Below, piece by piece: positions 1-12,769 of a DNA stretch of 64,000 nucleotides (position 1 is its first letter; each line of letters starts with the position of its first letter). The position numbers were made by a program, and so were the translations under genes. This stretch comes from Camelus ferus (Eukaryota): contig NC_045697.1 of NCBI RefSeq assembly GCF_009834535.1, positions 8,806,001-8,870,000 of the forward strand. The letters are read 5' to 3'. The notes beneath the pieces were generated by a model. The model saw only the letters and a program-made list of their open reading frames with translations, had not been told where the DNA came from and did no database searches.

Positions 1-609
1 TGGTTTGCCATCTTTGCCCAAAATTGATAATTTCCTTTCATTCCTGTGTTTACTTTTTCGTTCAGCTTTATCATCTGAAGAAAGCTTTGTCTGTTGATTT
101 GGCTTCTGAATATTTTCATCGACTTTTAAGCCTTTCTCACAAGAGTGAAGCTCAGTCTCATCACCTGTTTTATGTGTGGGGTCACCTTTATATTTATGTT
201 TCATTGACGGTTTGTCTTCTGACAGAGTTTTCTCTTTTTCAGGCTTGTCTTTGGAGGACTTTGCCTCTTTTTTAGGTAGGCTTTTCAAGTGGGGTGTTTC
301 AGAATCATCTTTCTTTGGATGCTTTTCATTCTTAAGTGTGCTTTTCTGTTTCTGGGGCTCTTCTGTGCCAGTTTCTGAGCGTTCTGCTGGCCTTTTTCCA
401 TCTCTTGTGTCAGTCTCTTCCTGTGCCCCTTCCACCACAACAGGGGTCGATGTCCGTCTTTTATGTTCCCTTTCTATTTTGGATTCATTTTTATTTTCAT
501 CAGCTGAATGCAAAGACTCTGAAAGTCTCCGGGCAGGTTTACTTGGTTCACTTTTTGCATGAATATGCTTTGAATCCTTTGAAGAAGACACTTTTTCCTT
601 TTCACAATG
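1..609 (-). CDS. BOD1L1: BOD1L1 exon 10, 5' part (truncated by window edge)
   Basis: Acceptor CTTACAG|; 203 stop-free codons HCEKEKVSSSKDSKHIHAKSEPSKPARRLSESL...LSILGKDGKP running to position 1. Confidence 0.95.
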
Positions 610-2420
610 CTGTAAGAAAATAACAGTTAAGATATAAGAAATACTAAAATTAATTTTTATATTCAAATTTAACATCTGGCTTCATTTAGTATGTTGAGTG
701 CTGTCACACGTTACACCTCAGTCAGTCTTTGCCAGCAGCCTATAGTATTAATAACTTCATTTTCTGCAACCGGGACCTGATTCAGCATGATTCAATAACT
801 TGATGCCTAGGCAACAAGTTTAGATGATTTCATCCTGAGTCCAGTACTCTTCCCATGACATTGTAGCATCTTTGTAGAGAGTCTTTCTCCTGAGATGTGT
901 CCATGCCTTTAGGAGGCCTTCTTAAACTCTAATTTGCCAAAGCCCACTAATGCCCAGTGGTCATTTTTAGTGCAGAAGCTTAATACCTAATGAAGGCAAT
1001 TTAAAAATTTTATTAATGAAATAAAGGTTTCTTGTATCTTAATTTAGAAATCCAAATTATATATGGAAACTTCATGAATTTAGGTAACCTGTAAGACAAT
1101 GTACTTAGGAAATGTCAAATGAACCCAGTAACTCACAGTAATAGAAATCGTATCACATATCACGTATATATGTGTTTATGTATCAAGGGAAGATACTGAT
1201 AGACCAAAGCCTCCAAACCTCCCCCCATCCCACCGAGTACGGCACTGAGTGAATTAATGTTAATGGCTAAGCACATTTTAATAAAGACTCACTGACTAGC
1301 TGTAAGTATTCTTATTCACACAGTGGGCTGAGTCCTCAGAAGGGCCTCTGGGTCAGTTTATCAGTGCACCTTTTGACATTTTAACATGGAAGATTAATGT
1401 AATACTAATGTAGGGACCAGAACATAGCAAGATCTTTAAAAATACTTTAAAATTAAATTCCTCAAAAAAAGAACTAACAGGGATTTCATCAACCTAATTT
1501 TACAGTAAGTTCTAACCAATTAATGTGAATAAAATTTTATGAGATCATTTTTCACAGAAATGTCTCATAAAATGGTTAAATATTTTAAAATATGCCATTA
1601 AATATCAGAATATAATTATAAATATGCCTCTAGTTCCTGGATAAAGACATCAGGAATAATTACTGGCTATGAATAAATAATTACTAAATTATCAGTGTTC
1701 CCCTTATAAGTGTCAAGATAGTTCAGCTAGAGAATTATAAATATGGCAGACTATATAAAGATTTAAACCCAGTGAAAGCAAAAGTTTAACCCAAGAACAT
1801 GATGAAAAAAGAAGAAAGGTATTTATTGCATATTTTTGGGGTACTTTTAGGTAGATATTTTTACTATCTAAAATTATCAAATCTTGGAAGCAATCTAAGC
1901 ACCAACTGTAAGGAAATGCTTAAATTATGGTGTATCTGTTCAATACAACACTACGCAATCATTAAATATAATTAGGAAGCTATAAGGTAACATGAAATGA
2001 GCATTAGGGAATGTTAAAAACACTTTGCAAGATTACATCTACTCTACAAAATTATGTACATATGTGGATGAGAAATGGAAGAGAATGAAATGGATAATTT
2101 GTTAGGTGGAAGGATTTTAGCTTTCTCCCCCTTTTCTTTTTCATTATTGTTACTGGCAGTCTTATTATTGCCAATATAAGAAACAAGAGCAGGGGAGTAG
2201 AAAAGTAGCTATTATCCAGATAAAAGATCACATGAATCAACTCACCAAAATGAGGAATTTAGGCCATAACAGAATGGGGGTGCTAGAACGCTGAATGTGC
2301 TGGACTTTTTATTCAACTCGGAAAAGATCAAATTGTATTCTAAATTTTACTACAAAGGACTGAATGGTCTGTATCTAACAAAAGAACATTTAAAATGGGA
2401 TTTTATTAACTAAGACACAC

Positions 2421-2493
2421 CTCACTTGTTTTGAGGGTTTCTTTGGCATCTTCTTCAGATTGCTGTTTCTTTTTAGAATTCTCGTCAATGTTC
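2421..2493 (-). CDS. BOD1L1: BOD1L1 exon 9 (73 nt)
   Basis: RNIDENSKKKQQSEEDAKETLKTSE; acceptor CACCTAG|, donor GAG|GTGTGT; restores phase 0 into exon 10. Confidence 0.93.
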
Positions 2494-3465
2494 CTAGGTG
2501 GGGGAAAAATGAAATATGAACTTCATTTGAATCGAATGTAAGAACTTCCCAGGAAGGTTAAGAAAAAGGCTTAGCTTTTCTTTACCATGAACACTTAATC
2601 CATACAAAGAGACTTGCACATTTCAATTTAAATCCTACTCTCGGACAACAGAGGAGAATCCAGTCCCAACTGTGACACGGACTGTTCTTGGCCCTATAGT
2701 ATAGCTAAAACAAAACTTCCTGAGTTGTTGCTTGAAGATGAATACTGTATGGGCTATAATTTCATTTTGAAAGTCTTATCTTTTGAATAACATACAGGGT
2801 AGTTGTATTTATTCAGATCGACAGAGATGGGGTCTCTAAGAAAAATGAGAGCTAACTCCTCTCACTGAGGTCTGTAAATTACTGATTCAGCTATCAAGTC
2901 CAAGATAAATGTACATAACTGCATCACGATGGAACAGCAAAACTGTGGCCCATGGCTGCACAGCCACATTCAGTCTCTTCTTATAGAATTAACTATAACT
3001 CAGTGTTAAAGAAAAGTTTGCTTTAGACCTCTGGCTTACAGGGAGAAGCATGAGATACTGGTGAAGTGAACTGCCTGCAAAGATGGGAGAATGGACACAA
3101 TCACTGCCAGTAAGAGGTAACTGAATGTTCAGAGCAGGGACACTTCCCGGGTACTTCTAGAGGGTCTATAAACTTTGAAACTCTAGGGACAACTGTGTGT
3201 TTGCACACATGCATTTTTGAGGAAAGAGTCCAAAGCTTCCAACAGATTATCAAAAAAGACAGGGACCACCCCTCCAATACACTACTTTGAAATATTGCAG
3301 GTACTAATACAATGAACTATGATACTGAAAAGGAAACCCTAAGGTCTTTCATGGAACAACATGCACATTCAGGGTCTGGCTCTTTACTGTCACTTTCAAT
3401 GCCTCGCTTCTAAAAGCGTCCCGAGAGAATGCTACAACGGGAATGTGGCCAGATAAAATATGTAC

Positions 3466-3604
3466 CTGGAATCCTTTTTTCTTTTTTTGCTTAAGGCTAC
3501 CTTTTTCTCTAAAACTTTCCGTTCCTTAAGAACTTCTTTAATTCGAGGGGCCTTGGGTTCCAAACTCTTTGCTGATGATTCTTCTAAGTCCACACTACTT
3601 TTGC
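3466..3604 (-). CDS. BOD1L1: BOD1L1 exon 8 (139 nt)
   Basis: GKSSVDLEESSAKSLEPKAPRIKEVLKERKVLEKKVALSKKRKKDS; acceptor TTCCCAG|, donor CAG|GTACAT. Confidence 0.95.
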
Positions 3605-4044
3605 CTGGGAAAGAAGCAATTGATAAACTGTGTTTCAGAACAGAGTTTTAGAAATAGTGTAATATTTTTTTCATTAAGATTTTCTAATCATTGTAAAAAT
3701 GAAAAATGGCTTCAATATCTCTAAGCTGTGCTGGAACAAAAACATTTTAGACAGAGAAGAGTCATATTTTCTATTTCAAATGCTCATATATGTACATGCA
3801 TGTATTTCTATACACACGATCAGTGTCCAGAGGAAGTTCAACTTTGTTCAATGAAATATTCCAGATAAATGTTTGCCACTTCAGTTAACTTCAAGTATAG
3901 ATTAATTCCATTAGTATCACTGCAAGGCTTGATGACTCACATGTTAACAATGATTTTTCCAGTGATAATTCATTCCATTATCACTGGAAAATAAATTACT
4001 AACATGTGAGTTATATCATCTGGTACATGATAGAATGCTTAATT

Positions 4045-4257
4045 AATTAATTATTTTTATTTTTTATTTATGTATTTATTTTACAATATAATTGTTTTTA
4101 ATTGAAATATAGTTGGTATACAATATTATATGTTACAGGTATACAATATAGTAATTCACAATTTTTAAAGGTTATACTCCATCTATAGTTATTATAGAGT
4201 ATTGGCTACATTCCCCGTGTTGTACAATACACCCATGTAGCTTATTTCACACCTGAT
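4045..4257 (-). mobile_element. 5'-truncated L1 3' end
   Basis: T-rich tail, L1 3'UTR-type sequence, 14-bp TSD TAGAATGCTTAATT at 4031-4044 and 4258-4271. Confidence 0.8.
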
Positions 4258-4500
4258 TAGAATGCTTAATTCAGATACAGCAATACAATAACAAAAGAAA
4301 AGGGACTAAACAAATCAGATTAACAAGTAAGGAAATCTTCTACACTTGAAAATAGATCATTTAAAAAACCTAACAGCTTTACTGAGATACAATTTTGATC
4401 ATTTTATTGTATAATCATATCTCGTAAGTTATAATAACATCTAGCAAATAATGGAGTATATAAGATAGTTTAAAATATTAAAAGCTCACATCTCCTATAC

Positions 4501-4612
4501 CTTGACTCTTAGCTTTCGAAGACTTCGTCTTTTCTGCTTTCTGTTTTCGTTTTTCTTCAAGTTTCTCTCTATTAATTTGCCTTCTTAAAAGCCTCTCTTC
4601 TTTTTCTTTAGC
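4501..4612 (-). CDS. BOD1L1: BOD1L1 exon 7 (112 nt)
   Basis: AKEKEERLLRRQINREKLEEKRKQKAEKTKSSKAKSQ; acceptor TTTTAG|, donor AAG|GTATAG. Confidence 0.95.
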
Positions 4613-5415
4613 CTAAAACCACAAAATACTCATAGGTGTCCTGAGAGATTATCAGGGAAAAGCAAAAACACTCTGGGATAAAAAATATGCTTGCCCTTCA
4701 GATGCTTTTACAAATCTGGGTTCTGCAAAAGTGCATATACAGCCGTGTGTACATGTGTATGTGTGTGTATGTGTTTCAATTTGGAAGCTACCAGGAGACC
4801 AATAGAGACAGATGTGAAACGTTTTCATTACTCTTCAGAATGTCATCAGTTTAAAGAATGAGAAAGATGTTATTTGGAAAATGGTGGTTTAATAAACTGC
4901 TATTTTAATTAAAAGGATAGCTGTAAAAATATCTATGAGCATCAAGTGTATAGAGGTAGGTCTCCAGAATTTTTTTATTTTCTCTAAGGCAAAAGTTGAA
5001 ATGCAGATTCAAGAGACAGGCTAGTCCTACAACAAATGTGACCTGCTGGCTATATTGTTAGGACCCAGGTTTTGGACATGGGACTTTCTGCAGCCGTATT
5101 TGAAAGCCAGGGAGAATCCAGTCATTGTGTGTTACTCCCACTGTCCTTTTCCCACCCAGAACTCAAAGCCTCCAAGTGCCAAAAATCCTAAACTAGGACT
5201 AACTTCTGATCAACTAGCCTCTTCAAGAGATAAGCCACCATTAACATTTTGGTGTACTTCCTTCAGATCATTTTTTTACATGCAGTATTTCCTCATTCTA
5301 TGATGCACAGCTTTTTATATCTTAATGTTTTTGAAATTGTAGGCCATCTTAAAACTAATGTATACATAAAATGAGGTAGCAATTTTTTTCTCTAAAAAGC
5401 TGTTAGTAATTCAAT

Positions 5416-5602
5416 AAACAACAAGTTTATACTCTATAGCACAGATAACTATATTCAGTATCTTATAGTAACCCATGGTGAAGAATATGAAAACAAACAT
5501 ATGTACGTTCATGCATAACTGAAGCATTATGCTGTACACCAGAAATTGACACAACATTGTAAACTGACTATACTTCAATAAAAATATATACATACAAAAA
5601 AC
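5416..5602 (+). mobile_element. Short L1 3' end
   Basis: ...tgctgtacaccagaaattgacacaacattgtaaactgactatacttcaataaaa, A-rich tail, flanking AATTCAAT at 5408-5415 and 5603-5610. Confidence 0.8.
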
Positions 5603-5963
5603 AATTCAATGGCACATCTCAGAAATATTTTCAAACGCAGGAAATATGTGGACTGACTAATCTCCCCGTTAATATTATGTTAATGGCTGACAACATCTCT
5701 CTTTATGGCTGGATTCACACTTGAGTCAAACATTTCCACACTATGAAACACCTAGGCCATTACCAGTTCTTCACTACTATTAATCACAATGATACGAACA
5801 CCTCCAACACATGTCTATTCTACCTGGAAAAATGACAACGTTCCTGAAGGCAGAACCTACATGTTGCTGTTTCGACTGTTTACCAGTACCTGGTAAAGAG
5901 ATTTGTCAAGTTTCCCAACCTGATTTAACAGGTGACCACAGCAAGGGATTAAGTCTGACTTAC

Positions 5964-6130
5964 GATGGACTGCCGCCGCTGTTCTACAGTGAGTTCATCA
6001 TCAGAGTCACTGTAGTACCTTGAGTAAAGATACGGTTTGTGAACGTAAGCATGCCGTACACTTTTTGCTTTCCCTTCACTGGGATCACTGGCTTGAGCTT
6101 TTGTTTTGTTCTGCTTGTTCTTTTCTTCAT
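5964..6130 (-). CDS. BOD1L1: BOD1L1 exon 6 (167 nt)
   Basis: DEEKNKQNK...HAYVHKPYLYSRYYSDSDDELTVEQRRQSI; acceptor CTTCCAG|, donor ATC|GTAAGT. Confidence 0.95.
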
Positions 6131-7326
6131 CTGGAAGAGAGTCAGCAGAAAGAGGAGCGTGCCTGTCAGTCAGCAACAAAAGCAACATGAAGCAGGAGAA
6201 GTGCTATCAACGCAGTGCGAGTGTATCTGTGGGCCCGACGCAGGGACCTCAGCATGTGAAAACTAAGAAGCTGCCATTTTTAAAGGCTGTAATCCATATC
6301 TTAATTTATTTCTTAATTTTCTCTTTCAGCTTCTCACGCATCAAAAAGGCAAAGAAAAATTAGACCTGATAGTTATTTATGTTTTCTTGACAAATAGTTA
6401 CTCCTCGTTTGTGTGTCAGTAGACTTGGTATGAATGCTTTACCACTGCTAAGTGGAAAAATTCACCTGAAGCCATACTTCAAAGTCAAAGAGATTTTAAT
6501 GACCACCTGTGATCTCTTGTTTATGGAAGAAGCAAGAAGCAATAAGTGGCCCTACTCCAAGCAGACACTAAAACCCCTCTACTTTAGGAAGGAGGGTCAG
6601 TTCCCTGTGACACAGCAAGGAGTAAAGAAGAAAACTGTATGCAAAGTTTTCATTCCCTACCATTCGGTACTCTCAAAATAGCCATCTTCTTACTTTTTGG
6701 ATCCCAGACATGTAAAATCTAGCCCTGTCCATGAAGAACTTTGAAAAGACCCGATAAAGCATCAAGAAGTAAAATTTTCGTTCGGCTGAGAAGTGGAGTG
6801 TTCACAGGATGAGAGCTGCCTCCTACACTGGTACTCAGAAATGACCTCGTGAGGATGATTGTGAAGAGTGGGGAGTGCTGCCATTGCATTTTGGGGCCGC
6901 TAATTTAGTTTTTAAATGAACACTAAGAATGAAGAATGGGAGAGACTGAGAAATACATCTTTGGCATTAAAACCTTCTTCTTTTTCTCCTCTATGATTTT
7001 CTCTCTAGGCATTCTATCCAAAAGCCAGCAGCAAATTTACAAGATGCTACCTATAAGCAACTGCAAATAATACTCAATATTTTGGATTTTTTGAAAAAGT
7101 CATAAACAATATCCAATCATGTGGTAAAGAGCAGCATAAGGTGTTGGTCAGTAGCCCAGACTCGGGTTTGAAATTAGTGCTTGTGGTTGCTAGCTCCAAG
7201 ACCCTGGACAAGACACCTTCTCCTGGTGACTGTTTCCTCACCTGTACCTGCACAATAGTGTAATAACTGAGCACGCTGCCTGGAATGCCGTAAATGCTTA
7301 ATGAGGGTTGGCTGAAAAATAAACTC

Positions 7327-7876
7327 TGTAACAAGGAGAAGTCTAGTCTTTGCCCTTGGTTCTGCGAGGTGATTTCTAACCTTTGGAATGCCATGTATGA
7401 TAGGAGTGTTCTTATTTACCTGGAGTCTAGATCAAGTCAAATTGCTGTGGGTCATGGGGTATCAGCTTGATCTCCAGAGGGGCTGGAGACTGAGGACAGA
7501 CATATGTCTACATGATGGAGCCCCAGTAAAAACTTTGGACATCCAGGGTCTAGTGAGTGTCCCTGGTTGGCAATAATCTGTATACATCTTCAGATGTCAA
7601 TGCCAGGGAGGTAATGCTTTCCACAATTCAACAAGGAAAGGACAACTGGAAGCTCTGTGTTCAAACTTTCCTGGACTCTAGCCTATGTGCCTCTTCCCTT
7701 GGCTGATTTTAATGTGTCCCTTGGTGGTAATAAATCATAACCATGAGCTTAACAGTTTTCAGTGAGTTCTGGGAGTCCTTCTAGTAAATTACCAAACCTA
7801 AGGAGGGTGGTGTTGGGGACCCTGAATTTGCAATTGGTGTCAGAAGTGAGGGCAGTCTTGTGGACTGTGCTCCTCC
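7327..7876 (+). mobile_element. MER21-like ERVL LTR
   Basis: Motifs recalled from MER21 (ggggctggagactgag, ccccagtaaaaactttggac, cttcccttggctgattttaat, ggtgtcagaagtgaggg). Confidence 0.65.
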
Positions 7877-7896
7877 AAACACCATCCACACACATG

Positions 7897-7921
7897 CACA
7901 CACACACACACACACACACAC
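7897..7921. repeat. (CA)n microsatellite
   Basis: Direct reading. Confidence 0.9.
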
Positions 7922-8114
7922 GGCCCCCAAGATAGCATATTCATACACGATCTCATCTAAAGCTTGTAATAATCAGACAGACAACCTCAGAGCTGGGGCT
8001 TAAAGAAAGGTCCCACGGTCGTGCCACTACACCACAGTCTTTCACGATATAGCCATCTGAATATACACTAATACCCGATGGGAAGCTTCAGAGGCATTAA
8101 GTAAAACACTTTAC

Positions 8115-8264
8115 CGTCTGATGTAATCTCCCCTTCTTCCATGCTATCAGACATTACAACTTCCTCCTCAGTGTCTTCTTCAAAAGATGAAAGGTCACTG
8201 GTATGGACAGAGCTAACTGTGATGTCTGTAAGTCCATCCACATCAGAATCTATCGAAGAGAAAT
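8115..8264 (-). CDS. BOD1L1: BOD1L1 exon 5 (150 nt), acidic Ser-rich segment
   Basis: DFSSIDSDVDGLTDITVSSVHTSDLSSFEEDTEEEVVMSDSMEEGEITSD; acceptor GTGAAG|, donor ACG|GTAAAG. Confidence 0.94.
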
Positions 8265-8868
8265 CTTCACGAAGAAAATAAAACATAAAAAGTACATCAT
8301 CTTGTTATAAGAACATACTCAACACCCACATCTAAATTTTTCTGCTTTAAACACATGTCAAAAAACTTTAACTTCAGAACTAGTCTCTCATCATCAGTAA
8401 CCAGTATCATCAAATAAGGGAGAGTTGTTTCTGAAAAATACAAAGGCACACTATTACCCTGTGAAATTAATGAAAATGTTAACTTATGATGTAGATGATG
8501 TAAGTAAGGAAATCTTAAGTAGCTAACTAAAATATTTACTATCTAATATTTTAAAGATTAGGATATACAAATATGAATAAAGTTGCTTGGAATAATGCAT
8601 GTGAATTAATTACAAGAGTTCAATTGTAAGGTTTAGAGCTTCTCTGTTCATTTACTCTGTGAACTGGTTAATTCACATGGTTAACATTAATACAGAAAAG
8701 AAAAATACAAATATTTATTCCTTATTTTTTAGCAAAGAGGATATGAGTTTTCAGGCTTTTAAACACAAGTATCAGATGTATTTATTAAAATTTGAAGGCA
8801 AATTTGATGTGCCCACAATGGACACTCATTGTTCTTTAAACTGTTGTAGATTTTTCTAAGTTTTTTAC

Positions 8869-9483
8869 CTTCTTTTGTCCCTTCACCAGTTTTAGCTTTA
8901 TTATTGTTCTTTTCTGACAGAAGTTTTGAACATTCTCCCTCTTTTTCCTTTGCTTGTTTTTCATCTTTTACTTTTTGTACATCTTCACTCCTTTTTGAGT
9001 GATCGAGTTTCTTTTCAGTCTTTTCCTTCTTTTCTTTCTTTCTTTCTCCTTTTTCATTGCTGTCTGGTTTCTTTTCACCTTTATCTGTTGATTTATTTTT
9101 TTGGTCACTGCTTTCCTGTTGAACATCCTTGTTTGGCAGAACTGAACTATTACTCTCTTTTGTGTGACTTTTAACTTCTTCAACTGGACAAGGGAGATCA
9201 CTAAATTCTTCAGACTTGGGGGCTGTTTCCTGTCCTTCCCCTGCAGGGTCAGGTGTAGATTTCTCTTTGTCAGTTGTCTCCTCTGAAGTTCTCTCCTTCT
9301 CGGCAACAGTGTCAGTGCTTGGCTGAGAGGGTAGTTTTTTGGATATTCTCTCACTGGACTTGGCGTTTGACGTTTCTGTTGAGGACCTGGCAGCACTAGC
9401 TTCTTGGTTAAGAGATGTGATGGTTTCCAAGATTGACATGGCATCACTGGCCACGTTCGCACTGGGTCCAGGGGCAGGGACAC
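8869..9483 (-). CDS. BOD1L1: BOD1L1 exon 4 (615 nt)
   Basis: Acceptor CGCAAAG|GT; VPAPGPSANVASDAMSILETITSLNQEASAAR...KTGEGTKE (ORF 8759..9454); donor AAG|GTAAAA. Confidence 0.95.
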
Positions 9484-9953
9484 CTTTGCGGGAAAGACAT
9501 GTTTTAGAATAAATTTACGCAGAAGGTAAACCCCTCTGCTGAACAAGGTCACTTGCCACTGTCATCTTTATATGACACATATGTCTTTAGCCTTTCAGGT
9601 ACTGGTGCTAGTGCCTCACACATTCTAAATTTTCTACCTCGCTACTATACTATCTTAGGAAAGGCACCATGCAAATCTGACAACAGTCTAGTTTCCAGAA
9701 AGAGTACGTTCTCTAATTATTTTAATTATTCCCTCTATTGAACCCCCCCTCCACTAAAAAGCCTATTATTCTGTATTAATTTTAAAAGAGAGAAATGTTA
9801 TGCTAGTTGAGGAATTTGGGTGATAATTAAGATAAATACAATCTCACCGGACTGGCCAAATAGAGAAACGCTTTAAAGAACTAAATACCCCTAACTTGAT
9901 ACTCAGTTCAAGAAGAACAGCAATGGGACTGACCAACAGCAAAAGCAGCACAC

Positions 9954-10144
9954 CTGGTGTGATGACGGAAGAGTCTGGTTTCTCCTCGTCGGGAGCTGTG
10001 CTGCCACTCGCTTCCTCTCTGTGATTCAGTGTGGCCAAAAACTCATGCACAGCTTTTTCCACCTGAGGTCTGAATGTGTGGTTGATCTTTGGATCCACAA
10101 CCTGAGAAATAATTCGGTCAATGCCAGACTCCAACATTCCTGAT
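9954..10144 (-). CDS. BOD1L1: BOD1L1 exon 3 (191 nt)
   Basis: Acceptor TTTCAG|A; SGMLESGIDRIISQVVDPKINHTFRPQVEKAVHEFLATLNH...SSVITP; donor CAG|GTGTGC. Confidence 0.95.
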
Positions 10145-11728
10145 CTGAAACACAGGATAATTAACAGAAAAGTAAAACAAACAAACAGACAAAAACTGCA
10201 TTATGTGCATTAATTACTTTTAAGCAAACTTGTCTCTATTGCATATATTTTTAATCTTCATTTGGATATACACAAAGAATACAGAATGGAAAGTAAGTTT
10301 CACACCATAGTGGCACTTAATATGCCATACTGCAAAAAGTGCATGAACTTTCCACCACTGTGTCACTAGTGGAAATTCTAGAGCAGATAAAACAAAACCA
10401 AAACAAAACAGCCCTAGAACTAGACACAGCACGTGATCTAAAGGCCAGCCCTGTGGGTGATGCTTATGCCGCCCCAACCCTGCCCACGGCCGACAGGAAT
10501 AAATGATCACTAAAGCTGAGTTCTGGGTGTAAAATAAATCGATGGGCTCTGCAACTTAAAAATGTAAGCCTCTGTAAGAATTAGAGTCTTCACACAAAGT
10601 GTAAATTCACCAAACTTACAAAATTAAAAAAAAAAAAGAAAAAAGAAAACTTTAGAAGAACAAAAATACAATATAAGACTTCTGGCCTTCTTTTGCTTAT
10701 CTTCCTGCTATAAAAACAAAATGACTTATTCATTCAACAATTATGTTGTGAGTGTCTTCTACGTAACAGGTACCACATGAGCCGCTGGGCTGCTACAAGT
10801 CACACCTGGTCCCCATTCTGCAGAGCAGACAGACATACACAATCAAAATACAAGATGACAGGCACTGGGACACACCGCACACTGTAAGAAAAGAGTAGGA
10901 TAAGGAATTATTAGCCATGTCTGAGATCATCTGGGAATGCTTCACAAAGGAGATGACATTTAAACCGAGTCTTGATTTCCAGAGAAGAAAAGGGGAAGAA
11001 AGTGTTCAAAGAAATACCATCTATAGAAAACGGAGGAACCAAAGGGACACAAAGTCTGAAGAGTGCCCAAAGTCACAAAGGCATCTGAGCAAAATAAGAG
11101 GACAAGAATTTATTTTAAGCAACGCACTTAACCCTTGTTTCTTTCTAACCAAGCACTGGAGGATCACGGCTCCCTGGACGGTGCTGGAAGCCGGGGTGCT
11201 GGGCCTCTCCGGCTTCCAGGCCTCAGGCTCTCCCTGGAGAACGGGTGGGGTGTTTCTCCTCACACTCCACAATGCTATTTCTGAGTGCAGCTCCGTCTGG
11301 CGTGGAGGATGGATGGGATTTTCATTTCCGGAGGCACCTCGCAGCCCCGGGATACTATAATTCCACTTATGTAGGCCAAAGAGAAAAATGAGTCAACACT
11401 GCATAAAGTAGGTAACCTGCTTTCTAAGGCTCTGCGATTGGGAAAAAAAAAAAAAAAAAAAAGAGCAAGTCCTGCAAACACTGTTACATCTTAGAGGCGT
11501 CTTTAAAATGTAGCAGGTGGAAAAGAAGCTAGGACAAGCAACCAAAAAAATGTTTTAAGACACAAGTACAAAGGCACAAAATAAAAAATAAAACCCGCCC
11601 AACCCCAAATTACTGATTCAGTCTCTTTCCCTGTGTGTGGATACTGTGGGCCCTCATTTACTTTAGTCCACTCTCACAGGGGTCAGATTGGACCCTAAAA
11701 ACAGAGGCCATACCATACTACGGGAAGA

Positions 11729-12076
11729 AAGTCAGAGAAAGACAAGTATCATATGACATCACTTATATGTGGAATCTAAAAAATGATACAAACGAACTTA
11801 TTTACGAAACAGAAATAGACTCACAGACATAAAAAACAAACTCAGTTACCAAAGGGGAAAGGGTGGGATTAAAAGATACACACTACTATATACAAATTAG
11901 ATAATCAACAAGGACCTACTGTATAGTACAGGGGACTATATTCAATATCTTAACCCAAAATGGAAAAAAAAATCTGAAAAAGAATATAAACACACACACA
12001 CACATATAAACGGAATCACTTTGCTGTACATCTGCAACTAACACAACATTGTAAATCAACTGTATTTTAATAAAAC
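11729..12076 (+). mobile_element. L1 3' end (cetartiodactyl-type 3'UTR)
   Basis: gacaagtatcatatgacatcacttatatgtggaatctaaaaaatgatacaaacgaacttatttac...aaggacctactgtatag...aataaaa. Confidence 0.85.
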
Positions 12077-12769
12077 AAGGGAAAAACAGAGGCCAGTGCT
12101 AACAACCACTCTGCTCTTTCCGGGCTCACTACAGTGAAGTGCGGGCAGAGACGTCTCACCTGAGGGAGGCAAAGCCACAACCCAGCAGACTGCATTGTCC
12201 TGCTTAAAGCTACCTCCCTTCCTTTTAAATCCTGTACCTTTAAGGTCGTTATTTTTTTGCTCTCTTGCATTTTTTAGATTCTGTTGCACAAATGAACGCA
12301 AAAATAGAATAAAACTTTTTTCCACCTATTGAGTTGGCAGGTTAGTTACTAAACCTAAACATCCAAAATTGTTGACACTACACTGCTTTGTCCTACAAAA
12401 ATGGCAATTGTAGATGCTTCAATCTAACGCAGTCAATTGAGTATTTTACAAAGTGTATAAGAAAAACTGTTTGAAATTGTATTTACAGGTGCTAATCCAT
12501 CCCTATCGCATTAGTTAGACACAACTAAATAGTCTTTAAAGAAACTGTAAAATGTTATGTAAGAGACATAAATTTATTACTGGAATTTAAACAAGAGAAT
12601 AGTTCAATTAAAAATAAATAAGATAGCTAGAAGGAGATTTACAGAAGTCCCAGGAAGAGCAGTCCCTAAACTACCCACAAGATCGCTATCTCTCCGATTC
12701 TGAAACGTCCCTAGGGGAGTCCTCTTCACCCGCAGGCAGCCTGCTCCGGTGCTAGTCTGACAGTCACAA

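Noticed and set aside
24..623. Plus-strand ORFs 24..275, 176..562, 336..623 (and 8926..9174, 8968..9552)
   Set aside because: Antisense or alternative-frame shadows of Lys/Glu-rich BOD1L1 exons.
8265..9485. AAG acceptors of exons 4 and 5 as a sign of mis-annotation
   Set aside because: AAG is a less common but valid acceptor; frame and protein match continue across both junctions.
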